A stretch of DNA of 64,000 nt from Gemmatimonadota bacterium (GTDB taxonomy: Bacteria; Gemmatimonadota; Gemmatimonadetes; Palauibacterales; KS3-K002), in assembly GCA_039586495.1 (NCBI GenBank), contig JBDHKG010000020.1, positions 1,181 through 65,180 of the forward strand. The letters run 5' to 3'. Shown one piece after another: positions 56,961 through 64,000 of this stretch. The translations under genes were made by a program, and so were the position numbers. Under the pieces are notes generated by a model, which had not been told where the DNA came from, ran no database searches, and saw nothing but the letters and a program-made list of their open reading frames with translations. The number at the start of each line of letters is the position of its first letter. Within the stretch, counting starts at the first letter, position 1.

Positions 56961-58058
56961 ATGGGAACCCTCAAGCAGAAGTTCAGCGGTCTCTGGGGCT
57001 GGCTCGACGAGCGATTGGGGCTCGCCGATGTCGAGACGCTCGCCAAGAAAAAGGAGGTGCCGATCCACCGGCACACGGTCTGGTACTACCTGGGCGGGAT
57101 GACGCTCTTCCTCTTCCTGATACAGGTCGCCACTGGGATCTTGCTTCTCTTCTACTATCGCCCGAGCGCCGAGCACGCTTACGAGTCGGTGCAGTTCCTG
57201 ATGGCGGAGGTCGAGTTCGGTTGGCTGGTTCGCTCGATTCATTCGTGGGCGGCTAATCTGATGATCTTCACGGCCTTCCTGCACCTTTTCAGCGTCCTGC
57301 TCCTGAAAGCGTACCGCAGGCCCCGCGAGGTCACCTGGCTGTCTGGCGTGCTCTTGCTGGGGCTTGCCATGGGCTTCGGCTTCACCGGGTACCTGCTGCC
57401 CTGGAACGAGCTGGCGTACTTCGCGACGAGGGTCGGCACCCAGATCGTCGACGCGGTTCCGCTTGTCGGCCGGTTCGCCGGCCGAGTGCTCCGCGGCGGC
57501 GACGATGTCACGGGCGCGACCCTCACGCGCTTCTACGCCATCCACGTGGCTGTCCTGCCAATGGTGACGACTTTCCTGCTGGTCCTGCATCTGTTCATGG
57601 TCCAGAAACACGGGATGAGCGTGCCTCCGGATATGGAGCGCCAGGGCGGTGCGAAGGGCGCCATGCCGTTCTTCCCCCACTTCCTGCTCCGCGATCTGGT
57701 GGGCTGGCTTTCGGCGCTGGCGATCCTCGCTGCGCTAGCCGCCTATTTCCCGGCGGAGCTCGGCGAGAAGGCGGACCCCTTCGCGTCCGCGCCGGCAGGC
57801 ATCAAGCCGGAGTGGTACTTCATGTTCATGTTCCAGACGCTGAAGTACCTGCCGGCTCATATCCTCTGGATGGAGGGGGAGGCTGTCGGCATTGTCGCTT
57901 TCATGCTGGCCGGTCTGCTGCTGCTCATCATCCCCTTCCTGGACCGTCGCTCGGCGCGTGGCGAGCCGAGCCGGCTGTTCACGTGGATCGGCATCGTAAT
58001 TATCGTCTACATCATCATCCTGACCTATCTCGGCTACACGGCGAATCCTGCGGCCTAG
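56961..58058 (+). CDS. Cytochrome b subunit (fused b6 and subunit-IV type).
   Basis: Heme-ligating His in helices B and D ('[19 protein letters not shown]', '[23 protein letters not shown]'), a PEWY-region analog, and 8 TM helices. Confidence 0.88.
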   Translation: MGTLKQKFSGLWGWLDERLGLADVETLAKKKEVPIHRHTVWYYLGGMTLFLFLIQVATGILLLFYYRPSAEHAYESVQFLMAEVEFGWLVRSIHSWAANLMIFTAFLHLFSVLLLKAYRRPREVTWLSGVLLLGLAMGFGFTGYLLPWNELAYFATRVGTQIVDAVPLVGRFAGRVLRGGDDVTGATLTRFYAIHVAVLPMVTTFLLVLHLFMVQKHGMSVPPDMERQGGAKGAMPFFPHFLLRDLVGWLSALAILAALAAYFPAELGEKADPFASAPAGIKPEWYFMFMFQTLKYLPAHILWMEGEAVGIVAFMLAGLLLLIIPFLDRRSARGEPSRLFTWIGIVIIVYIIILTYLGYTANPAA

Positions 58059-58126
58059 CAGCGGTGAGGACTCGAAGCCGCCGGCCCGCTTGTCTGCTGT
58101 TGTACCAGGCAGCGCGACAGGGTCGG

Positions 58127-60112
58127 CTATCCCCCGCTCAGCGCAGGGATCTCGTGGCAGAGGACACAGTCCGCCGGAGCGTTGTGCTCGACCTTGTCGA
58201 CGTGACACACGGTACAGACCTGCCGGCTCCACTCAGTGATGTTGGCGACGCGCTCTCCGTGGCAGGGGGCGCAGCCACTGTGTGCGGCAGGCGGATGGAT
58301 CTGCATGACTCCGCCGCGGTGGCATGATAGGCAGGAGTTGTCTGGCTGGTGATGGCGATCGTGGCAACTCTCACAGCGTACGCCGCTGGCGCTCATCGCG
58401 GGCGCCTCATGGCACTGCGAGCAGCCCAAGCCCGCCTCGAGGTGCGTCTGGTGTGGGAAATCGCCGGTCTCGGTCGCCATCGCTGTCTGAGGGGCGCCGC
58501 CCGGGCCCGCGTGACACGCGGCACAGTTGAGCGGGTCGATCACGCGATGATGGCAGTTGTCGCAGCTTGATCTTCCGCGCAGGGTGATCCCGCCGTGCTC
58601 TTCCAAAGGCGTGTGGCACTCGGAACAGCCCAGTGCGGCTCGCTGAACGTGGGGGCCGTGGCTGAACGCTTGGCCCGCAAAGGCGCCCTCTTGCCCACCG
58701 ATACCGAGGTGGCACTGCAGGCAGGTGTTCTCGGCTAGCGCTGGCCCGAGGTCTAGGTCAGGGACGGAGTAGGTCAGTCGGCCGACCTCGACGGCCTGCC
58801 TGGCGAGTCCAAGGGAGGCGCGCAGCAGGTCGTCGGCGTAGCCGATGTTGTGGGCGCCCTTCCCGCGTTCCACGAGACCCACGTTCTCCTCGGCGAGCCT
58901 GAGAAGGCTATCGGCTCTGGCCCGGGTGCGCAGCGGCGCGCTGCCCAGTGTCTGCCGGGCCGCCCTGATGACGGAAGCGACCTCGCTCCGGCGTCGCTCG
59001 ATCTCCCTTTGCCAGTTGGGGAGAATGTTCGCGTAGCGGATGCCGTGGCAGGACATGCAGGTCGCTTCGCCAGCGCGCCGGACCTCCTCGTGGCCGGGAA
59101 CCTCCGCTGGCAGGCCGTGGCAGCTCTGGCAGAGCACGCGGGCCAGATACATGGAGCTGGGCCTGTTATCGGTGCCGTGCCCGCCCATGCCCGCATACAT
59201 GAGCCTCTGCTCGTTGTGGGCGCGCTGATGGCATGCCTGACAGTCGAGCTCGAACGTGGCGGCGAGGGACAGCACCCGATGCTGCATGGGCGTGTGGCAC
59301 TGCGTGCACTCGACCTTGTTCTCGGAGATGTGGAGTCGGTGAACGAGCGTGGTGTTCTCGAACTGACCCAGCCGTTCGGGCTCGTTATGGCAAATGAAGC
59401 AGCGATCCCGGTCCGCGGCACCCGAGCCGCTGATCACGTTCTCGTGGCACCCGGTACAGGAGATGAGGTTCCTCACGTACTCTCGGTGGTCGACCACGAA
59501 GCCTGCGGGCGAGGTGAAGCGTGGCGGTGAGGCGTGGCAGCCGGTGCAACCCGCGATGGGTTGACCCGCGGGCCGATCCTTGAAGTGACACAGGTAGCAG
59601 GTCTCTGCCGTGACCGTCACATGGGCGCCCTGCACGATCTGGGAGTGGCAGCTCGTGCAGCGCAGATTCTTGCCGCGCCGGAGCTCGCCCAGGTGGTGGG
59701 TGTGATCGAAGCGGACGCCCTCAAAATTCACCTCCCCTTCAAGCGCCCGCTCCGAGTGACAACCCGAGCGCAGACAGGCTGCATCCTCGATCTCCGCCCA
59801 CGGTCTGATCCCGTAGGTGCCGGTGATGTACTTGACGACCTGGTTGGCTGCCTGGAGCTTCCCCATCGCCTCCGCCCTGATCCCGGGCGCGTAGTGACAG
59901 TCGATGCATTTCACGCTGTTGTGAGACGAGCTTGCCCAGGAATCGTAATAGGGCCGCATGATGTGGCAGTTGGTGCAGAAGCTGGGCTGACCGCTGTACT
60001 CGATGAACCCTACTGTCCCGATCGCAGCCAGTATCACCAGCAGGATGCCCACCTGGATGGCGATCTTCAGAGGGTCGGAAAAGCGGTCCAGAAAACCCAT
60101 GAGAGGCGCCAT
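58127..60112 (-). CDS. Large multiheme c-type cytochrome (~21 CxxCH plus one CX4CH) with a NapC/NirT-like N-terminal TM anchor; last gene of the minus-strand bc-type operon.
   Basis: 661 aa. N-terminal TM 'IAIQVGILLVILAAIGTVGF' then 'CTNCH...CIDCH'. CxxCH motifs recur throughout, and 'CLRSGCH' is a CX4CH variant. Confidence 0.85.
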   Translation of the reverse strand: MAPLMGFLDRFSDPLKIAIQVGILLVILAAIGTVGFIEYSGQPSFCTNCHIMRPYYDSWASSSHNSVKCIDCHYAPGIRAEAMGKLQAANQVVKYITGTYGIRPWAEIEDAACLRSGCHSERALEGEVNFEGVRFDHTHHLGELRRGKNLRCTSCHSQIVQGAHVTVTAETCYLCHFKDRPAGQPIAGCTGCHASPPRFTSPAGFVVDHREYVRNLISCTGCHENVISGSGAADRDRCFICHNEPERLGQFENTTLVHRLHISENKVECTQCHTPMQHRVLSLAATFELDCQACHQRAHNEQRLMYAGMGGHGTDNRPSSMYLARVLCQSCHGLPAEVPGHEEVRRAGEATCMSCHGIRYANILPNWQREIERRRSEVASVIRAARQTLGSAPLRTRARADSLLRLAEENVGLVERGKGAHNIGYADDLLRASLGLARQAVEVGRLTYSVPDLDLGPALAENTCLQCHLGIGGQEGAFAGQAFSHGPHVQRAALGCSECHTPLEEHGGITLRGRSSCDNCHHRVIDPLNCAACHAGPGGAPQTAMATETGDFPHQTHLEAGLGCSQCHEAPAMSASGVRCESCHDRHHQPDNSCLSCHRGGVMQIHPPAAHSGCAPCHGERVANITEWSRQVCTVCHVDKVEHNAPADCVLCHEIPALSGG

Positions 60113-60118
60113 CCTCTG

Positions 60119-61381
60119 TCAGCTTTCTCCTTTCAACAGTACCCGCAGTTTGAACCAGGAGAGGATGATGGCGGAAAGCGCCAGGAACCAGATGAGAATG
60201 AGGATAAGCCTGTGTTCCCAGCGCTGCTCGGCGCTCACCTCCGCGGCTGCCCGCACATCCCGCGAGATCGAGGCCACCTGCCGACTCAGATCCTCGAGCG
60301 TTTCGAGTCCTAGGCTGTGTTGAGTCTGAGCCATCTGCATGTACGAGGTCAGCGCACTCTGGTAGCGAAACTCTACGTCCGAGACCTGCTGGCCGGCACG
60401 GGTGAGTTCTAGGATCGCCTCTTCGGCACTTCGCAGATCCTCGCTGGCACGTGTCACCTGTTCTTGGATCTCTACCCCGGCAAGAGCGGCGGGTTCTTCG
60501 GTGTCGTGGCAGTTCAGGCAGGTGGCCGCGACCCTTTCAGGATGCACTCGTTCGGTGCCGTGGTTGGAGTGGCAGGCGGTGCAGCCGGGCAGGACCCCGG
60601 CGCGGGCCGCGGCACCATGCGGTCCCGCGTCGAACGCGCGGCGAACCAGGACGTGGCATTGACCGCACACGTTCCCGATTTGGCTGACTGCCGGTGGTAG
60701 CGCCGCATGGGAACCGTGGCAGCCTACGCAGGTCGGTGCCGCGAAATTCTCTTTCTCGTAGAGCGCTACACCGTGGGTGCTTGCCCGGTGCGTCGTGACC
60801 TGGTCCGTGGTCAGGCCATACTTCGCCATCAACGCCGCCTGCTCGTGGCAGCGTGCGCAGGTGGCTGCGATGTTGGTGGGGTAGACGTTGCTGCGTGCGT
60901 CGTTGGGCGGCAGGATCATGTGCGCGTCGTGGCAGTCGGTGCAGGTAGGCGCATCGAAGTCCCGTTGCTCCAGCAATAGCCTGCCGTGCCGACTGGTGCG
61001 GTACTCGGCGAGCTGGCCCGCCGGCAAGCCGTACTGGCGCATCCGATCGGGGTCGGAGTGGCACGACGCGCACAGCTGCACCGTACGAATCTTGTCGGGC
61101 GACCCGATGTAGTTTGCGCCGGTGTGGGCGGTGGCGCGCTCGAACGCCCTCGGGTCCCCACCGTGGCAGTCGTGACAGCGGATGCCACGCTCGGAGTGCG
61201 CGCCGAGCAGGAACGCTCTCCGCTTGTCGGTGTGGCAGACAACACAGCTGTACTCAGGGTCGATGTCGAATTCGCGCTGCTGAGAAGGCACCGGCGAAGC
61301 CGTCGCTGTCTCAGCGTCGACGGACGCCGCCGCCAGAGCCAGCAGGGTGCTGGAAGTCAGTATCCACGGGCCCGCTCTCAC
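60119..61381 (-). CDS. Nonaheme c-type cytochrome, paralog of 55202..56464, with a C-terminal TM anchor.
   Basis: Nine CxxCH motifs. Segments collinear with the plus-strand paralog include 'CASCHSDPDRMRQYGL' ~ 'CGRCHSDAQFMRQYNP' and 'IGNVCGQCH' ~ 'VGNVCGQCH'. Confidence 0.85.
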   Translation of the reverse strand: MRAGPWILTSSTLLALAAASVDAETATASPVPSQQREFDIDPEYSCVVCHTDKRRAFLLGAHSERGIRCHDCHGGDPRAFERATAHTGANYIGSPDKIRTVQLCASCHSDPDRMRQYGLPAGQLAEYRTSRHGRLLLEQRDFDAPTCTDCHDAHMILPPNDARSNVYPTNIAATCARCHEQAALMAKYGLTTDQVTTHRASTHGVALYEKENFAAPTCVGCHGSHAALPPAVSQIGNVCGQCHVLVRRAFDAGPHGAAARAGVLPGCTACHSNHGTERVHPERVAATCLNCHDTEEPAALAGVEIQEQVTRASEDLRSAEEAILELTRAGQQVSDVEFRYQSALTSYMQMAQTQHSLGLETLEDLSRQVASISRDVRAAAEVSAEQRWEHRLILILIWFLALSAIILSWFKLRVLLKGES

Positions 61382-62640
61382 TGCTGGTCCTCCCTGTCGC
61401 CAGGGTTCTGGGAGCGTGAGTCACGCTCCGGTGTCTCTGCTTCGAGTTCTCGCGGAACGAACCGCTCGACCACGCCTTCAGATCGTAGGTGCGTGCCGGG
61501 CGGCAGCGACTCGAGCTGACGACCGGCCACCCAAGCGACGAGGAAGCCGGCGAAGAACACCAACCCGAGCGCCAGCGCGAGGGGCCTCTTACGCAGCCGC
61601 CGCTCAGGTCGGCGATCGAACAGGGGAAGCAACGCCAGGCTGATCCCCAACAATGTGAAGAGCGAGAAGCCCCACACACCGAGGTAGCGTATCAGAGCCA
61701 ACGCGACGTCCACGACGATCCATGAGGAAACGAGTTCCTCCGGGAGCTGGAACGGGTCGGCGGGGTCCCCCACCGCTCGCGGGTAGAGGGCTGCCAGGCT
61801 GAACGTTACGGCCAGGACCAGGATCCCGACGATGAACGAGCGCAAGAGATGATTCGGGAAAAACCGCGTCCCTTCGCCGGCGCTCGCTGTCGCTTCGGGA
61901 GGCGGGGCGATCCCGTGCCTTCGCACCAAATTGAAGTGGAACAGGAGCAGCGCGAAGGCTACCCAGGGAAGCAGGATCACGTGGAGGGCGAAGAAGCGGC
62001 TTAGGGTCGCGCCCGACACGATCACGTCGCCCTGCAGAACCGAAGCTGCGAGACTGAGCAGCGGCGCGCGCGACATGGTGCCCAGCACCTCCGTGACCGT
62101 CCAGTAAGCCCACTGATCCCAGGCCAGCAAGTAGCCGGTGGTACCGAAAGCCAGTACAACCAGCAGCAGGAGCACGCCTACCACCCAGTTCGTCTCGCGC
62201 GGCGGCTTGTAGGTCGCGTGAAAGAAGACGCGGGCCATATGGGCCAGTATCGCGAGCACGATGAGGTTTGCCGACCAGACGTGGAGGTTGCGGACCAGCC
62301 AGCCCATCGGAACCTCGGTAACGATGTACTGGATACTCGGGTAGGCTTCTTGCACCGAAGGCCGGTAGTAGAAGGACAGCAGCACACCGGTAACCACCAG
62401 GACGATGAAAAGCAGGTACGTGATGCCGCCGAGCGCATGGCGCCAGCCGACGTGACCCGCTAAGCGGTAGCCGAGCGCTTTGCGCAGTGCCTGATCGATT
62501 GGCAGGCTTCGGTCGATGCGGCCGTACAGCAGCCCCAGGAACCGCGCTACCCCGAGCAGCCCGGGATCGGTACTGGCCTTGAGGTCGGCCCAGAACTGGG
62601 CCAACCATCTGGCTCTTGGCTTCCGTTCTGAATCGTTCAC
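61378..62640 (-). CDS. Cytochrome b subunit, paralog of 56961..58058.
   Basis: '...SIQYIVTEVPMGWLVRNLHVWSANLIVLAILAHMARVFF...' is collinear with the plus-strand cytochrome b. 4-nt overlaps with both neighbouring genes. Confidence 0.85.
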   Translation of the reverse strand: MNDSERKPRARWLAQFWADLKASTDPGLLGVARFLGLLYGRIDRSLPIDQALRKALGYRLAGHVGWRHALGGITYLLFIVLVVTGVLLSFYYRPSVQEAYPSIQYIVTEVPMGWLVRNLHVWSANLIVLAILAHMARVFFHATYKPPRETNWVVGVLLLLVVLAFGTTGYLLAWDQWAYWTVTEVLGTMSRAPLLSLAASVLQGDVIVSGATLSRFFALHVILLPWVAFALLLFHFNLVRRHGIAPPPEATASAGEGTRFFPNHLLRSFIVGILVLAVTFSLAALYPRAVGDPADPFQLPEELVSSWIVVDVALALIRYLGVWGFSLFTLLGISLALLPLFDRRPERRLRKRPLALALGLVFFAGFLVAWVAGRQLESLPPGTHLRSEGVVERFVPRELEAETPERDSRSQNPGDREDQQ

Positions 62641-63098
62641 CTTTCTCCTTCCGAAACGTAGACGACACCGTCCCTGACAGACACGGAGTAGCGTCGAAGC
62701 GCCTGCATGGACAGGCCTGCAACTACATCTCCTCGCAGGTCATAGACCGTGTACCGGCACGGCGAATAGACTCGCGAGGACTCGGGGTCCCAGCGCAGGA
62801 TGCAGCCGTCGAACGGCGAGACCCCCTGCAGCGCGAAGTAGCGGAGAGAATCGGGCCGGATGACAAGAATGGTCTTCTCACCCCAGTTCCGCACCCGGCT
62901 GGACCCGACAGGGAAATCGGCCTCCCGGGCCACGCGAATCACCGGCTGAAGCTCAGGGATCTCGAGATGCTCGGAGGGGGCGACATAGAACGTGGTCGCT
63001 ATCGCCAGCAGCACGATCATCACGAGGATGACGCCGCCCAGGAGAAGTTCGGTGAAGCCGAATCGCGAAGTCCTCAGCTGTTTCTCCATTGCTTGCAT
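62637..63098 (-). CDS. Rieske-fold paralog lacking all four Fe-S ligands (pseudo-Rieske) but keeping the disulfide Cys pair. It has a degenerate Tat motif.
   Basis: Aligns with 56503..56958: 'SRFGFTELLLG' ~ '[11 protein letters not shown]' (RR to RF). Box I 'CTHLAC' becomes 'SPFDGC' and box II 'CACH' becomes 'SPCR'. Confidence 0.55.
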   Translation of the reverse strand: MQAMEKQLRTSRFGFTELLLGGVILVMIVLLAIATTFYVAPSEHLEIPELQPVIRVAREADFPVGSSRVRNWGEKTILVIRPDSLRYFALQGVSPFDGCILRWDPESSRVYSPCRYTVYDLRGDVVAGLSMQALRRYSVSVRDGVVYVSEGER

Positions 63099-63263
63099 AC
63101 GGTTGACGCGAAGCCGCGCAAACGGGTTCTCCGCAGGATCACCCGCAGCATCGGGAAGCGAGCTGAAACTACCACGCTTCCCCGAAATTGCGCCACCGGT
63201 TGAGGCGGCAAGCCGGTGAGCGTCAAGTCGCTTATCGTTCTGCCGACTTGCCCGGAGTCAGAC

Positions 63264-64000
63264 TTCCAGCCCGAGCCGCGTTTTCATCTGCTCAACCAGC
63301 CATTCCGCCTCAGATTTGTCTCGTATCGAGCTTCCCGCGTGCAGCCGCACCCCGTCGCGACGCACGAGCCGGATGTCATAGTACACCGTGTTGCCGGAGT
63401 GCATCCCGATCTTCAGCACGATGTCTTCGATGTCGTGAACTGGGATCTTGCGGGTGGGACCGAGGCCCAGGAGCCCACGGCAGATCTCGATGCCCCCCGA
63501 CGTGAGGGTGACGCGGGTGGTGCCGAGCCAGACTCTGATCAGCGCGTAGGCTAGCAGCAGGTCGAACGCGCCGAAGACGACAGGGAAGACGATCGGCGCG
63601 CCGAGTCGCGGGAGCGCGCGCGGGCGCGAAGAAGATCTCGGTGCGCCGCAGGCCGGAGGTGACGTAGATGCGGGAGTCGGGTGGTTGACGGTATTCGGCA
63701 GTGTATTCGGCTAGCGGCTCTTCCTCCTCGGGCGGCAAGGGGATCTCACTTGCCGGCGTCCGGAACACCGGGACCTCGAAGCCCGCGTGGTAGTCGACGC
63801 CCGGCACGGAGGCGCGAGCCTCGAGGCGCCAGAGGATCTCGCTACTGGGGTCACTCGCGTCGGTTTCCCTCGCGTTGAGGGGCAGCCGGAACGAGACGGG
63901 GATCGCTGTCGCGGTTCGCCCGACGTGCCCCGTCTCGGTGACCTGGCGTTCCTCCTGCCAGAGAATTCGCTCTCTCGTCGAGCTCTCCCCGCCGGAGCGG
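63264..64000 (-). CDS. Hypothetical membrane-anchored protein, partial: the N-terminus is beyond the window end. A frameshift is possible near 63600.
   Basis: The minus-strand frame from the window end reads '...ILWRLEARASVPGVDYHAGFEVPVFRTPASEIPLPPEEEEPLAEYTAEYRQPPDSRIYVTSGLRRTEIFFAPARA'. A +1 frame continues with 'LPRLGAPIVFPVVFGAFDLLLAYALIRVWLG...HDIEDIVLKIGMHSGNTVYYDIRLVRRDGVRLHAGSSIRDKSEAEWLVEQMKTRLGLEV*', ending near 63264. The switch sits at a cgcgcccgcgcgcgctccc run. Confidence 0.3.

Overview
This 64 kb window is high-GC (roughly two-thirds G+C) and densely coding on both strands. It looks like chromosomal DNA from an environmental Gram-negative bacterium, perhaps Gemmatimonadota- or Acidobacteriota-like; that lineage guess is inference only. 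I found no rRNA genes, no tRNA genes and no CRISPR arrays.

Recognisable genes, in order along the window:
- A YyaL/DUF255 thioredoxin-domain protein (partial), a tricorn protease, a PlsC acyltransferase, a DMT transporter, a signal-peptide-bearing Hcp-like protein, a cupin and a rhodanese lipoprotein.
- A tandem array of six paralogous receptor-like membrane/TPR proteins. All start with a conserved 'ELKRRRVYRVAVVYAAVAFVIWQ' N-terminal motif. One is degraded and one is frameshifted.
- Two tandem paralogous ~1070 aa BNR/Asp-box (sortilin/GH74-like) secreted proteins. The second carries a perfect 60-bp in-frame tandem duplication.
- An OmpW-like beta-barrel gene and arsM, with a phased ATCA-box array upstream of arsM.
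- A TonB-dependent receptor and a cyclase-family protein.
- A minus-strand cluster of MFP, two FtsX-only permeases, BlaI and a BlaR1-like M56 peptidase with a TonB C-terminal domain. No ABC ATPase is present. A textbook promoter with two operator boxes sits in front of blaI, and a penicillin-acylase gene lies upstream of the cluster.
- An SDR oxidoreductase, a frameshifted CPBP protease, and a wHTH regulator paired with membrane proteins.
- A dnaE2-type error-prone polymerase gene. It is preceded by a promoter, a hairpin and an intrinsic terminator, and it is interrupted in-frame by three palindromic MITE-like elements from two families.
- A standalone DsbD alpha-domain protein.
- Two convergent operons encoding cytochrome bc-type complexes with multiheme c-type cytochromes: 9-heme paralogs, a ~22-heme cytochrome, and a Rieske paralog that has lost all four cluster ligands.

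Most worth a second look: the in-frame palindromic insertions in dnaE2, the ATPase-less BlaI/BlaR-coupled transporter module, the duplicated bc/multiheme complexes with the ligand-less Rieske, and the six-gene receptor paralog array.
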